Both the position numbers and the translations under genes were made by a program. A DNA stretch of 64,000 nt, from IMG/VR virus record IMGVR_UViG_3300042898_006838, positions 64,001 through 128,000 of that record; one strand, given 5' to 3'. This document shows positions 19,097 through 29,442 of this stretch, in pieces (the first letter of the stretch is position 1; each line of letters opens with the position of its first letter). The notes under the pieces are model-generated. The model was not told the origin of the DNA. It did no database searches and saw nothing but the letters and a program-made list of their open reading frames with translations. This DNA comes from a virus.

Positions 19097-20005
19097 ATGT
19101 CCGAGTTCGGAAGCAACCTGAATCGAATCTTCGTGGAAAACATCCGCGACCCGGCCATGCGAAAGGAGGCAGAAGAGCGCTCTCAGGCCTACCTGAAGCT
19201 GCGTGTCTACGAGGACAGCTTCCTGTCCCGTATCCTTCCGCCGAAGCCCATCAGCCCAAGCCAGTGCGATCGTACTCTCGAATCTCCGACGATGCTCCGC
19301 AAGATCATCGACAAGGAGTACACGGACGTGACCGCGACGGTCATGGATTTCCGTGGCAAGGGCAACTACAAGTTCATCGAGACTGCCCAGTATGCGGTCG
19401 ACTTCCACAAGATCGAGTCGGAAGAGTACCACATCACCGAACAGGAGCTCCGAGCCAAGGAGCAACCGGTCCAGTCCCTGATCAAGCACCACACGGCGCG
19501 CCAGATCCAGGAGGTCATGGACCGGACCTTCATCAACGCCATCGAGGCCATCCTCGCCGCGAACCCGACCCAGGCGATCACCGACAGCAGCGACATCATC
19601 CTGCCGTCGAACATCACCAAGCTGCGCAACGTCCTCGACGGCCGCTCGACCTTCCCTCAGGTCGCTGCCACGCTGCTGATGTCGAGCGCTCAGTTCAACA
19701 ACATGGCTGTCTGGCCTCAGGCCGGCGTCGACAACGGCATGGGCCAGGAGTACTGGGCCGACGGCTACAAGTACGACAAGCTCTACGGTCTGCGCGTCGT
19801 CAAGACGATCAAGTCGAACCTCGTGCCCAACAACAAGGTCTACGCCTTCGTGGCTCCCGAGTTCCTCGGCCACCACCTGACGTTCAACGACGACCGGTTC
19901 CAGATCAAGACCGAGTGGGACGACATCGCCTGGAAGGCGTGGAAGACCCACGGCGCCGCCATCGGCAACAACTTCGGCGTCGCCAGCTTGACCCTCGGCG
20001 TCTGA
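19097..20005 (+). CDS. Major capsid protein (putative HK97 fold)
   Basis: Size and position in head operon, strong SD, highly biased codon use, HK97-like pattern. Confidence 0.7.
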   Translation: MSEFGSNLNRIFVENIRDPAMRKEAEERSQAYLKLRVYEDSFLSRILPPKPISPSQCDRTLESPTMLRKIIDKEYTDVTATVMDFRGKGNYKFIETAQYAVDFHKIESEEYHITEQELRAKEQPVQSLIKHHTARQIQEVMDRTFINAIEAILAANPTQAITDSSDIILPSNITKLRNVLDGRSTFPQVAATLLMSSAQFNNMAVWPQAGVDNGMGQEYWADGYKYDKLYGLRVVKTIKSNLVPNNKVYAFVAPEFLGHHLTFNDDRFQIKTEWDDIAWKAWKTHGAAIGNNFGVASLTLGV

Positions 20006-20095
20006 GCCGCGAGCTGAAAAATGAAAGCACCGGTGACGGGGCGATCCGGGTAAACTGGACCGCCCCGTTCCCTTTTCACAAGCAGGAGTAGAGAC

Positions 20096-20500
20096 ATGCC
20101 TCACTTTCACAACCCAAAGGGACACGTCGACGGCTGGTGGCGCAACCAGGCCCTTGACGGCAACGGCGCGCCTCGCGCCCTCAACCTCGGGCTCGTGAGC
20201 CTGGCTCCCGGGTCAGCGCGCTTTGTCGACGCCAAGACCGTGGACCGCAGCGGCGGCGCCTTCGACAACGCCAAGTCCGCGGGCCTGGTGGCCGGCCCTT
20301 TCGCCACCGAGGCCCAGGCCACGGCTCCTGCCGCCAAGTCGGCGCCGGCACCGAAGCCCGAGCCGACGCAGCCGGCCGCTGAAGACGGTGAACCGTCCCC
20401 GGCCCCGGCGCCGAAGTCGGAAGAATCAGCGCCCGTCGCCGAAGAGACCTCGTCGACGGCGCCGAAGAAGAGCGAAGGCGACAAGAAGCGGAAGGGGTAG
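20096..20500 (+). CDS. Hypothetical protein with Pro/Ala/Glu-rich tail
   Basis: AGGAG SD; post-capsid position. Confidence 0.55.
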   Translation: MPHFHNPKGHVDGWWRNQALDGNGAPRALNLGLVSLAPGSARFVDAKTVDRSGGAFDNAKSAGLVAGPFATEAQATAPAAKSAPAPKPEPTQPAAEDGEPSPAPAPKSEESAPVAEETSSTAPKKSEGDKKRKG

Positions 20501-20503
20501 TCC

Positions 20504-20968
20504 ATGGCTCCGCCAGGCATTCGCAAGACCGAAGATGAGCTCGTGAAGATGGTGCGTACTTTCCTTGGCGACACGCCGGAGGAGAACAAGCTCGTCGTCG
20601 ACAAGGAGCTCAGCGACGACAAGATTCGCCTGGCGTTGAAGCTGGCCCTCGACAGCTACAACAACACGCCGCCGTACGAGAACTCCAGCTACCTGACGTT
20701 TCCTAGCCTGACACTGATCCTGCATGGGGCTGTCATCCAGTGCCTGACCATGGCCGGTATCGTCAGCAGCCGGAACTACCTGAGCTTCAACGACGGCGGC
20801 ATCAGCGAGGTCGTCAGCGACAAGGCCGGTGCCTACCAGGGCTGGATTTCCAGCCTGGTCGGCGCCTACCAATCCGAGCTCTCCAACATCAAGGTCAGCT
20901 TGAACATGGAGCGCAACTTCGGCGTGATCCCAAGCCCGTACGGGAACGTCTTCGACTTCGACAGCTGA
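20504..20968 (+). CDS. Putative head-tail adaptor (neck)
   Basis: Size and position after capsid gene. Confidence 0.5.
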   Translation: MAPPGIRKTEDELVKMVRTFLGDTPEENKLVVDKELSDDKIRLALKLALDSYNNTPPYENSSYLTFPSLTLILHGAVIQCLTMAGIVSSRNYLSFNDGGISEVVSDKAGAYQGWISSLVGAYQSELSNIKVSLNMERNFGVIPSPYGNVFDFDS

Positions 20969-20974
20969 GGGGTC

Positions 20975-21772
20975 ATGCGCTTCTACGACACCCGAGTCCT
21001 GGCTATGCCCCGTGAGGGCCTGCATGTGCAGTGGCAGTTGGAGCCCGAGGACACGGACATGTCCAGCGTCGAGGTGGAGTTGCAGCGCAGCGAGAGTCCG
21101 CTCGGGCCCTTCGAGGTCCTGCAGGCCTTCGACCCGGTGTCGGTCTTCGCGTTCACGGACAAGACCGTGCCCTGGCGACCGAAGGGCTGGGAGATCTACT
21201 ACCGCCTGGTGGCCAGGAATAAGACCAGCGGCGACGTCGTGCACGAGGGACGAGCCTTTGGAATGCAGGGACAGCTGCCTCTCGACGCCCTGGAGATCAT
21301 CAGGCAGCACAACATCATGCTCCGTGGCGTCAATGGCCACGGCGCGTACAACGGCACACTCTGCACCGTCTACAAGCGCAGGAACTTCGGAGCTCGCTGC
21401 GTGTTCTGCGTCGACGCCCAGACCGGTCGCGTGACCATCAGCGGCTGCCGGAGCTGCGGCGGCACCGGCTTCTCGGGCACCGGCTACTACGCGCCCGTGG
21501 ACGTGTTCATCGCCCTGCAACCCAACGCCAGGAACCCGCAGATCACGATGCTGGGCAAGCTTGAGGACAACGAGACCAGCGGCTACCTCGTCAACTTCCC
21601 AGTGCTCTACGGCGGAGATCTGATCGTGGAGCCCAGCGAGGTCCACTGGCGGGTTGTTGCCGTGGAGCCTACGCTGCGCCATCGTGTCATCGTCAGACAG
21701 TCACTGCGCCTTCGACAGCTAGACCACAACGACGTAGAGTACGAGACTCTTCGTCACAGCAGCCACAGATGA
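20975..21772 (+). CDS. Putative head-closure/neck protein with Zn finger
   Basis: RCVFC..CRSCGGTGF; neck position. Confidence 0.5.
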   Translation: MRFYDTRVLAMPREGLHVQWQLEPEDTDMSSVEVELQRSESPLGPFEVLQAFDPVSVFAFTDKTVPWRPKGWEIYYRLVARNKTSGDVVHEGRAFGMQGQLPLDALEIIRQHNIMLRGVNGHGAYNGTLCTVYKRRNFGARCVFCVDAQTGRVTISGCRSCGGTGFSGTGYYAPVDVFIALQPNARNPQITMLGKLEDNETSGYLVNFPVLYGGDLIVEPSEVHWRVVAVEPTLRHRVIVRQSLRLRQLDHNDVEYETLRHSSHR

Positions 21773-22098
21773 GGAACGTCATGGAAAAGACCGCCTTTGA
21801 AATCGGATTCGAAGAAGCTTTGAAGATCGCGTCCAGCGGCCAGCCCATGGTCGACTCGTCTCCGGCTCCCTACCTCAACACCAGCGGCGGCGCGAAGGCC
21901 GGTACTCAGGGTCCGCACAACGGCGTCGTGGCCCCGGCTCCGGGATCCAGCTACTACTCTCCGCCGGCAGCAGCCGGTGGCCACTTGAACACAAACTCCT
22001 CGCCATCGACCGGTGAGAAGGGCAAGAGCGAGACGGGGACACTGGCCATGTGCAAGGACGCCGCCCTCGCCATCGCGTCCAGGAACCGGAGCCGCTGA
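21769..22098 (+). CDS. Putative virion protein (EKTAFEIG motif)
   Basis: N-terminus similar to 4719 ORF. Confidence 0.5.
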   Translation: MRNVMEKTAFEIGFEEALKIASSGQPMVDSSPAPYLNTSGGAKAGTQGPHNGVVAPAPGSSYYSPPAAAGGHLNTNSSPSTGEKGKSETGTLAMCKDAALAIASRNRSR

Positions 22099-22706
22099 TG
22101 TCAGTGAGAGACGACGTACTCGCCAAGAGTCGAGAACATATGGAAAAGGAGGCGAATGTCTTCGCCAACGCCTTGAACCGTGCGGGATCACTCGTCGGGC
22201 GAGGCGTCGCCTCTGTCGCTGGCAAGGGTGGTCAGCTTCTCTCCAACCCCAGCTCTCGCCTCGGCCAGCTTGCTGACCGAGTCAGCACGTCAGCTGCCGG
22301 GCAGGGGGCTGCCAGCCGCGCGGCTCTGGCGAAGAGAGTCGAAGATCGAGCTCAAACCGCGGCTCAGAGCCGGGTGATGAAGAAGATGACGCCGGCCGAG
22401 CGCGTCAGCGTCCGGCAAGACCAGTCGGCGTCGCGGGCAGCGGCCAAGGCCAAGGCCAACGCGCCGATGCCGCAGTCCGCTGCTCCTGTCGGCGTGTCCC
22501 AGGCACCGGCTCAAGCCCAGGCCGCCGGTGGTCAGGTTGTTCCCATCCGTCCGGGCATGGGCTTGGGCAAGAAGGTCATGATCGGTGGCGGGCTTCTGGC
22601 TGGCGGCTCGATGATTGGCGGTGCCGTCGGCGCCGGCAAGCAGAGCGTTCAGCAGCAGATGGCCAGCGGCCAGATCGTGCCCGGAAACTACGAACAGCAG
22701 GGATGA
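22098..22706 (+). CDS. Putative virion protein, Ala-rich with C-terminal Gly zipper
   Basis: EKEAN; IGGGLLAGGSMIGGAVGAG; start re-assigned to MSVRD. Confidence 0.5.
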   Translation: MSVRDDVLAKSREHMEKEANVFANALNRAGSLVGRGVASVAGKGGQLLSNPSSRLGQLADRVSTSAAGQGAASRAALAKRVEDRAQTAAQSRVMKKMTPAERVSVRQDQSASRAAAKAKANAPMPQSAAPVGVSQAPAQAQAAGGQVVPIRPGMGLGKKVMIGGGLLAGGSMIGGAVGAGKQSVQQQMASGQIVPGNYEQQG

Positions 22707-23545
22707 CTGGTCGAATCTTCATCCACACGCTCTCACTACCAGAGCGAATTTGGGTGGACTTTTTCCGGGTCTTTTTTAGCCAGAGGTATCTCCTGGTTGA
22801 CGAGGACATGCGCCCCGTCGAGAACCAGTTCTTGATCGAGCAGTCCCTGGAGCCGGGGAACAGACGCTTCGATGTCCTCTTCGAGAGCGACATGGAAAAA
22901 GCGAATCCAAACATCCTGCCCTGCCTCGTCATCGAGGACACGGGTACGGCTCAGACTGGAATCCTTCTCAACGAGCTTAGGACCTGGGCTGTGAAACCAG
23001 CGTCTATGCGTGACCGCACGGACTTGCTGCGCAGCACCTACGTCTTTCACTGCTGCAGTCGTCACCGAGGAGAAAGCCGTCTGCTGGCTTCTATTGTCAG
23101 CGCGGCCGTTACCTCGTTCAGAGACGCGTTGCTTGAAGCTGGTCTGCACAAGATCGATCCATGGTCCATTGGAAAGACCATGGCTCTCAAGGCAGACAAC
23201 GACGAGGTTTACGTCGACACGCCTGTGACGGTGAACTTCAGTTTCCAGGAGCGATGGAAGACCATCGAGAACAGCGACAGCTTCTACGAGCATTACTGCC
23301 TGGCTATCGCCGCCGACCAGCTGGTACGCTACGTGCGCACGGCCATGGCTGTGAGCGATTCCTTCCTGATTCCCTACGTGAAGACGACAATGGACATCGA
23401 GAACATCAACATCAACAACTACGTGATGAGCTCGATGTCTCTGTCAGATCCGACCTCGTCGTCGTTCTTCATTAACAGCCGCGTCGACGTCGTCGATGCT
23501 GACAATGTCACGAAATACCTGAGGACGTCGATGCGCGTGTCTTGA
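22703..23545 (+). CDS. Putative tail completion/terminator protein
   Basis: Position directly before the sheath gene. Confidence 0.45.
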   Translation: MTGRIFIHTLSLPERIWVDFFRVFFSQRYLLVDEDMRPVENQFLIEQSLEPGNRRFDVLFESDMEKANPNILPCLVIEDTGTAQTGILLNELRTWAVKPASMRDRTDLLRSTYVFHCCSRHRGESRLLASIVSAAVTSFRDALLEAGLHKIDPWSIGKTMALKADNDEVYVDTPVTVNFSFQERWKTIENSDSFYEHYCLAIAADQLVRYVRTAMAVSDSFLIPYVKTTMDIENININNYVMSSMSLSDPTSSSFFINSRVDVVDADNVTKYLRTSMRVS

Positions 23546-23589
23546 GATAGCTCAAGTCCGCGACTAGACTCCCACACGCGAGGTGCGCC

Positions 23590-26500
23590 ATGGCCTATGA
23601 AGAACCAGGGATCAAAGTCATTCAGCAGCTGTCACAGGCTGCTGCAAACATCGCCGCGGCGACGCAGGCTGCGACGCTGGTTGGCGAGCTCTACGAGGTC
23701 TTCAGTGACCGAGTGCTGACCAGGCGCTATGACGCGTTGACCGGCGCCGGAAGCCAGGCTTTCACCTGGCCAGGGAAGAAGACGACGTCTGTCGTCGATC
23801 TCGCTGGCGTCCGCAAGGACACGGCTGAGCCCGACAGCCAGCTCGACGAATACGCCGTATTCCCACTGGCGTTCAAACTCCGTGACCCGATCACGAGCCA
23901 GATCTTTTCCATCGACAAAATCTCCGGTGTCTTCGGCGTAAGCCAGACCGGGTTTTCGCTGGCCGAGAAGGTGGACGCCGCCGGCGCCCGTCTCTCCGGT
24001 GCCGTGGGAACTGGCGCCCAGGCCAACCGCCTTCACTCCCGCCTCGGCGGCGCGGTGAACGCCGGCGTCAGCGTCGGTGACCGCGTGCGCGTGACCAACG
24101 CGCCGACCTTGCCCATCTTCGACATCCGCGGCAAGGTCACGGCCTTCGCCGACGACGACGTCACGTTCCAGGGCGACGGCACCCAGTTCAAGGTCAACGC
24201 CTCGACCGCCGCCGGCTCGGCGACGTTCGTGGCCACGGTCACGGACAAGGCCGTCACGCTCCCGGCCACCGGCGTCATCCGCGTCGACAGCGGCGGCAAG
24301 ACCGAGGATCTGGCCTACGGCAGCGTCTCCGTCGCCGGCCTCGTCCACACCTTCACGCTCGCGGGCGCCACGCTCACGCGCCTGCAGCATGACGCGCAGG
24401 TCGACGTCAAACTCCTGGTCCGCAATACCGTGAACATGGCGTTGACCGACGGCAACATCGTCGCCTCCAGCGGTCACGTCGCGTCGGCTGCCGGCGGACT
24501 GACCGGTCGCCTGAACCAGCGCATCGCAATCTGGCCCGAGAACCTGTGGGTCAACACCGGATCCGTTGCCGGCGGCGGATTCCGAGTCAACACCAGTGAC
24601 CTGACGCTGACGGAAGCCCATGTTGGACGCCTGGCCACGGTGTGGACCGACACTTCCGGCGTAACCTTCGCCACCGGCGCCAGTGTCGGCGGCGTCTCGG
24701 TCCTGGAGTTTGAGGACACGACCAACAGCCCGTTCCTGGCTGCTCACGTCGGACTCGTCATCAAGATCGGCAGCGAATACCGCCGCGTCACCAGTGTCGT
24801 CTCGGCTTCGAAGATCACGTACAGCGGCGCCAAGATCACCAACGCCGCCGGCATCACATTCTTCCTGTACGTGACGCCAGTCGTGTGCACGATCACGGCC
24901 GTCGACGTCGCCGGCGGTGGCAGTGACTTCTTCGTGGACACGGCTGTCTCGGCTGTGGCCGGTGCTCTGCCGGTGGTTATCCACCGACCCGAGTACCGCG
25001 ACGTCACCAGCGTCGTCACCGACTTTGACGTCGTGTACAGCGGCAGCGCCATCGTCCCGGACACGACCTTCGGCCGCTTCACGCCCGTGTCTCTCTTCAC
25101 CGAGAGCATGACGTTTGAGGTCATGCCAGACTTCGAGTTGCTGACCAGCTTCCGCGCCCTGGACATCGCGGCCGTAAACGACACGCTCGCCGTGTCGACG
25201 ATCAGCGAGGTTCAGAGCCTGGGAGCCGTCCACAAGGCCAACCCCTTACTCTGGGCCGCCAACTCCGCCTTGCTGGCTATGGGCACCACCGACGTGCCCG
25301 TGCTCCTGCAGTCCGTCGACCTGTTCAGCGACGCGCTGAGCGGATCAAAGTCCGGGTTCCCCGAGGACCGGCAGGAGGCGCTTGGCTACGGCCTGGCGCT
25401 TGAAATCCTGTCAAGCCAGGATAGCCCGTACTTCCTGGTGCCACTGACCAGGGACGAGAGTGTGCGCTCGGCATTCCGTGGTCACGTCCTGGCACAGAGC
25501 CAGCCGACGGCGAAGCATGAGCGCGTGGTCTACCAGACCTACGACCTCCCGCTCGGAGACGTCGAGAGCGTCGAGGGCCTGATCGCCCCCGGCTTCAACG
25601 GCGGCAACAAGCGCATCACCGACATCGGCGCCGGCTTCATCTCCACCCACGGCCTGATCCCCGGCAACGCCGTCGTGATCCAGAAGCCTGCGGCCTTCGC
25701 CGGCAGCTACGTCATCGCCGCGGGCAGCGACGACGACAACCTGGTCCTCGAAGGCACGCCCTGGCAGCAGGATGGCGCCGGCTCGTTCCTGTCCGCGGCC
25801 AAGGAGTTCTCGGTTGCCAACGCTGACACCACGGTCACAAACGTCGTCGACTCGGCGACCAGCGGCGTGTGGAAGGACGTGCAGCCCGGCGACTACCTGC
25901 TGCTCGGCAGCCAGACGCGTCTGATCACGGCCGTCAGCAACTTCGCCCCGGGCACCAACAACCGCCTGGCCTACAGCGGTTCGGCGCTGACGCCGGCGGC
26001 GGCGTCGCAGAGCGTCTCGATCCTGCGCACCAGCGTCGGAGTCGAGTTCTACGCCAAGCCCATGGACAAGACCGAGCAGGCGGCGGCCATCGCCGCCATC
26101 AGCCAGGGTCTCGGCAGCCGTCGCTACGTCAACTTCTGGCCCGACTCCGTCGAGCAGATCACGGGCACTGACACGCAGGGTAACGAAGTCAAGGAGCTGG
26201 TCCCCAGCTTCTACGCCGCGGCGGCCGAGGCCGGTCGTGACAGCGTTATCCCCAGCGCCCGTAGCTCCACCGGCATGTCGCTGGCCGGTTTCACGGGCCT
26301 CGACCACAGCAACCGCTACTTCTCGACGGCTCAGCTGAACGTCATCGCCGGCGGCGGCTGGTCGATCCTGGAGCAGAAGGTCGTCGGAGGTCCGGTGACG
26401 ATGCGGCACCTGTTGACCACGGACATGTCCACGGTCAAGAGCCAGGAGCTCAGCTTCACGAAGAACGTCGACAACATGGCCAAGGTCAAGCGCGCGAGCA

Positions 26501-26754
26501 CTGAGCCCTTGCTCAACGACGACAGCGGCCGAGTGAACATCACCCAGGACCTGCTGACGTCGCTGGCCTTCCCGTTCCAAGGCATCTACGAGAGCTTCGT
26601 TCGCACCGGTCAGCTGGTGCGCACGAGTGGCAAGCCGGCGTACAAGATCCTGTCCATCCGACAGGACCCGCTGAACGCCGACTGCATCCTCGAAGACGTC
26701 GAGCTCAACGTGCCCCTGCCCGCCAACCGTGTCGTGGTGACGTTCGTCATCTGA
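23590..26754 (+). CDS. Contractile tail sheath protein (large, with inserted domains)
   Basis: N-terminal MAYEEPGIKV, C-terminal RHLLTTD..QELS..NVD and VPLPANRVVVTF, typical of sheaths. Confidence 0.8.
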   Translation: MAYEEPGIKVIQQLSQAAANIAAATQAATLVGELYEVFSDRVLTRRYDALTGAGSQAFTWPGKKTTSVVDLAGVRKDTAEPDSQLDEYAVFPLAFKLRDPITSQIFSIDKISGVFGVSQTGFSLAEKVDAAGARLSGAVGTGAQANRLHSRLGGAVNAGVSVGDRVRVTNAPTLPIFDIRGKVTAFADDDVTFQGDGTQFKVNASTAAGSATFVATVTDKAVTLPATGVIRVDSGGKTEDLAYGSVSVAGLVHTFTLAGATLTRLQHDAQVDVKLLVRNTVNMALTDGNIVASSGHVASAAGGLTGRLNQRIAIWPENLWVNTGSVAGGGFRVNTSDLTLTEAHVGRLATVWTDTSGVTFATGASVGGVSVLEFEDTTNSPFLAAHVGLVIKIGSEYRRVTSVVSASKITYSGAKITNAAGITFFLYVTPVVCTITAVDVAGGGSDFFVDTAVSAVAGALPVVIHRPEYRDVTSVVTDFDVVYSGSAIVPDTTFGRFTPVSLFTESMTFEVMPDFELLTSFRALDIAAVNDTLAVSTISEVQSLGAVHKANPLLWAANSALLAMGTTDVPVLLQSVDLFSDALSGSKSGFPEDRQEALGYGLALEILSSQDSPYFLVPLTRDESVRSAFRGHVLAQSQPTAKHERVVYQTYDLPLGDVESVEGLIAPGFNGGNKRITDIGAGFISTHGLIPGNAVVIQKPAAFAGSYVIAAGSDDDNLVLEGTPWQQDGAGSFLSAAKEFSVANADTTVTNVVDSATSGVWKDVQPGDYLLLGSQTRLITAVSNFAPGTNNRLAYSGSALTPAAASQSVSILRTSVGVEFYAKPMDKTEQAAAIAAISQGLGSRRYVNFWPDSVEQITGTDTQGNEVKELVPSFYAAAAEAGRDSVIPSARSSTGMSLAGFTGLDHSNRYFSTAQLNVIAGGGWSILEQKVVGGPVTMRHLLTTDMSTVKSQELSFTKNVDNMAKVKRASTEPLLNDDSGRVNITQDLLTSLAFPFQGIYESFVRTGQLVRTSGKPAYKILSIRQDPLNADCILEDVELNVPLPANRVVVTFVI

Positions 26755-26772
26755 TCAGAGGAGGAACTGACC

Positions 26773-27444
26773 ATGCCCGTTCAAAAGAAATACGCAGCCA
26801 GCACCCTGAGCAACTGGAATTTCCGTCAGTTCCACCTGAACGTGGATCGAGGCGGAAAGAACCAGGGCCAGTTCATGACCCCGGAGGCGACGCTCATCGC
26901 CGCCGGCCCTGCTCGCCTTGAGGACCTGAGTGGTGCGGCGTTGGAGAAGCTCGTCATCCCCATCGCCATCACCGACAACGTGTCCGTGAACCAGAACAAG
27001 ATGCTGCAGCAGATCTTCGAGATCGGCAGCCGCCGCAGCTACTTCGTCAGCGGCCACACCACCGGCACCGTGGCTCTGGCGCGGCCGATGTTCAACGGCC
27101 CGAGCCTGATGCGCGTCCTCACCGGCGCGACCCAGGACACCGAGGGCTTGGACAACGACGCGGGCATGGACGTCATCAGCGGCGGCGACCCAGCCGGCCG
27201 GCAGTTCAACGACGAGACCGAGGCCACGTTCTACATCAACCTGCAGGCCGAGATCTTCGATCGGCCGACGGGGTTGATGGTGTACATGATCGACCAGCGG
27301 AACGTGCCCTACGGCGCGTTCTACATCGAGGACTGCAACATCAACGCTCACGGCTTCGGCGTCGCCAGCCAGGCCATGACCGTGGTCGAGAACGTGAGCA
27401 TGATGTTCGACCGCGTGGTGCCCGTGGCCGTCACCGCCGGCTAA
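26773..27444 (+). CDS. Tail tube protein
   Basis: Follows sheath; QQIFEIGS..YFVSG tube-like motif. Confidence 0.7.
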   Translation: MPVQKKYAASTLSNWNFRQFHLNVDRGGKNQGQFMTPEATLIAAGPARLEDLSGAALEKLVIPIAITDNVSVNQNKMLQQIFEIGSRRSYFVSGHTTGTVALARPMFNGPSLMRVLTGATQDTEGLDNDAGMDVISGGDPAGRQFNDETEATFYINLQAEIFDRPTGLMVYMIDQRNVPYGAFYIEDCNINAHGFGVASQAMTVVENVSMMFDRVVPVAVTAG

Positions 27445-27500
27445 AAAAAACCGCTGTCGGTTTTTTCGCAGACAAAGCCGCCGTGACTGGCGGCTTTGTC
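27445..27500. terminator. Two tandem hairpins; convergent terminator between structural and early/middle regions
   Basis: AAAAAACCG-CTGT-CGGTTTTTT and GACAAAGCCGCC-GTGACT-GGCGGCTTTGTC. Confidence 0.75.
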
Positions 27501-27503
27501 GTG

Positions 27504-27941
27504 TCAGTACCAGCCGGAGCGGTTGCTGGCGCGCCGGGCCGCGCGAGCCTCGGCCTCTTCGTCCTCGCGGCGAGCGCTGTCCAGATCATCCGCCATCCGC
27601 TGCCTGTGCTTGGGCAGCTGCCAGCACTCCTTGCAGACGACCAGAGCTTTGTCGCCCTGGGCGGCGTAGAAGTCGTACCACTCCCATTCCCAAGTCTCGC
27701 TGCGCGGCTTGGTCGTGGAGCAATCTCGACAGACTACCTTCTCCTCACCCTCCGACCGCCGGTGCTGTTCAGCACACGAGGCGCACATGGCGCACCCGTC
27801 TCCGTCGAGCTCGCTGCGGCAGAAGCTGTCTACTTCGATCCGCGCGATCACCAGCGGTTCGTGGCCGCAGGTGCCAACGGTCCCACGAGCGACGAGGGCT
27901 TCGATGTCCTTCTTATAAGTCTTCGTGACGAACCAGTTCAT
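27504..27941 (-). CDS. Cys-rich hypothetical protein
   Basis: Several CxxC; GGAGG SD and upstream GGGCATAAC. Confidence 0.6.
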   Translation of the reverse strand: MNWFVTKTYKKDIEALVARGTVGTCGHEPLVIARIEVDSFCRSELDGDGCAMCASCAEQHRRSEGEEKVVCRDCSTTKPRSETWEWEWYDFYAAQGDKALVVCKECWQLPKHRQRMADDLDSARREDEEAEARAARRASNRSGWY

Positions 27942-27958
27942 ATCTCACCTCCACGACT

Positions 27959-27967
27959 GTTATGCCC
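27959..27967 (-). promoter_or_regulatory. GGGCATAAC promoter-like motif
   Basis: 17 nt upstream of ATG 27941. Confidence 0.6.
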
Positions 27968-27984
27968 GTGGAGGCGAGCGATCT

Positions 27985-28449
27985 TCACCAGCTGCCGCTG
28001 GCCTGGTGCCACTGCCGCATCTTGGCCATGACCATGGCCGTGGTCGAGGCCTGGCTCGTGGTCTTGACCAGCTTCTGGTCGTAGAAGATGGCGGTCATGG
28101 AGAAGAGCTTGAGAGCCGGCGGCAGGCCCGGGTTCTCAATCTCCCACTGCCTGGGGTCGAAGTAGTCCAGGAACCGCATACCCGCGCTCTCGGTGAAGAC
28201 GTCGATGAGCGCGTGCTGGAACACGATCTTGGCCCGGTCGTAGTTGATCCCGGGCCTAACCTGGACCTTGACGATCAGCGTCTGCTCGCTGGGCTTGAAC
28301 TCACTCTGGCCCTTGGTGACCTCGACCATGTACGGCTCACCGGCCTCGACGCCGGCGCGCGCCGAGACCAGGGCCGTGGGACGAACGCCGCCGCGGAGTG
28401 CTTGTCGCTTCTGTTCTTTGTCCATGACCAAAGCTGACACAGAAGACAA
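27985..28449 (-). CDS. Hypothetical protein
   Basis: ORF track; start uncertain. Confidence 0.5.
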   Translation of the reverse strand: MSSVSALVMDKEQKRQALRGGVRPTALVSARAGVEAGEPYMVEVTKGQSEFKPSEQTLIVKVQVRPGINYDRAKIVFQHALIDVFTESAGMRFLDYFDPRQWEIENPGLPPALKLFSMTAIFYDQKLVKTTSQASTTAMVMAKMRQWHQASGSW

Positions 28450-28451
28450 CG

Positions 28452-28940
28452 TCAGCCAACTGCTTTCATCATCTCGTCAAGCACCGAGTACTCGTGACCA
28501 CATGCCGGGCAGGTCAGGCTGTGACGGTCGGCGCATTCCCGACACAACACGTCCTGGCAGCAGCTCTGCTCCACGTAGTCGTCGGTCAGGTCCCCGCAGT
28601 TGCTCAGCGTGCACTGACAGTGCGTGACCTCGATGTCGTCCCAGGTCAAGCCCACGATCTCCATGATCAGGTCGTCAGCTCCCTTGTGACACCTGATCTC
28701 GTCGTAGAGCCACTGCATGTGGTCGTCGAAGGACTCGTAGGCCCAGGCCTGCTTGTCGCTGCAGTCCTCTGGGGCATCGCTGAAGTCGCTGAAGTCCCAG
28801 CCATCGAACTCGGAGTAGTAGAGGTAGCACTCGCGGTAGGCGACATCGGCCTGCGTCAGGGCCTCAGTCAGCGTCTTGACCTTGTCGTAGACCTTCAGGC
28901 CCTTGATCCTGACCCTCTTCTCCAGCGAACTCTGAAACAT
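28452..28940 (-). CDS. Cys-rich hypothetical protein
   Basis: C-terminal Cys cluster; start uncertain. Confidence 0.45.
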   Translation of the reverse strand: MFQSSLEKRVRIKGLKVYDKVKTLTEALTQADVAYRECYLYYSEFDGWDFSDFSDAPEDCSDKQAWAYESFDDHMQWLYDEIRCHKGADDLIMEIVGLTWDDIEVTHCQCTLSNCGDLTDDYVEQSCCQDVLCRECADRHSLTCPACGHEYSVLDEMMKAVG

Positions 28941-29442
28941 GTCCCTCACGCCCATCAGCCACCGCCTTTGCCATGTCCAGGGCCACGCTGTCGACATCGT
29001 CGTCGCACGTGATCCAGAGTTGAACGCCGAAGACCTTGACGTGTTTCCAGGCCACGTGCCCACCTTCTTCGTCGACGACCACGAACAGGTCACCGACGAC
29101 CAGGTAGTCGTCCGGCGGACCGCCGCTGACTTCATCCGCCACGTCGATACTGTCGTCGTAAGCGGCGCTGGCGATGGCGGACGAGATCTCGTTGCTCGCC
29201 TGCTCGTAGGCCAGGATACCGAGCCCGTCGCTGATCGACGGCGAGGTTGGGAAGTGGCCTTTGACGTAGACCTGTTCAGCTAGCCTCAGCAGTTCGCTGT
29301 CTTCTAGCTGGCTGCCGAGGTCGTAGCCGCTGAGCCAGTCGCCGACGTGGTCGCTGATGTCTCGCTCCCGGTAGCTGCCACTGGCGGCGACGTTGGAAAA
29401 GAAATCGTTTCCGCAGTCTTTGATTATTTCATTGAGTGTCAT
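28864..29442 (-). CDS. Acidic hypothetical protein
   Basis: GGAGG SD, operon context. Confidence 0.5.
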   Translation of the reverse strand: MTLNEIIKDCGNDFFSNVAASGSYRERDISDHVGDWLSGYDLGSQLEDSELLRLAEQVYVKGHFPTSPSISDGLGILAYEQASNEISSAIASAAYDDSIDVADEVSGGPPDDYLVVGDLFVVVDEEGGHVAWKHVKVFGVQLWITCDDDVDSVALDMAKAVADGREGHVSEFAGEEGQDQGPEGLRQGQDAD

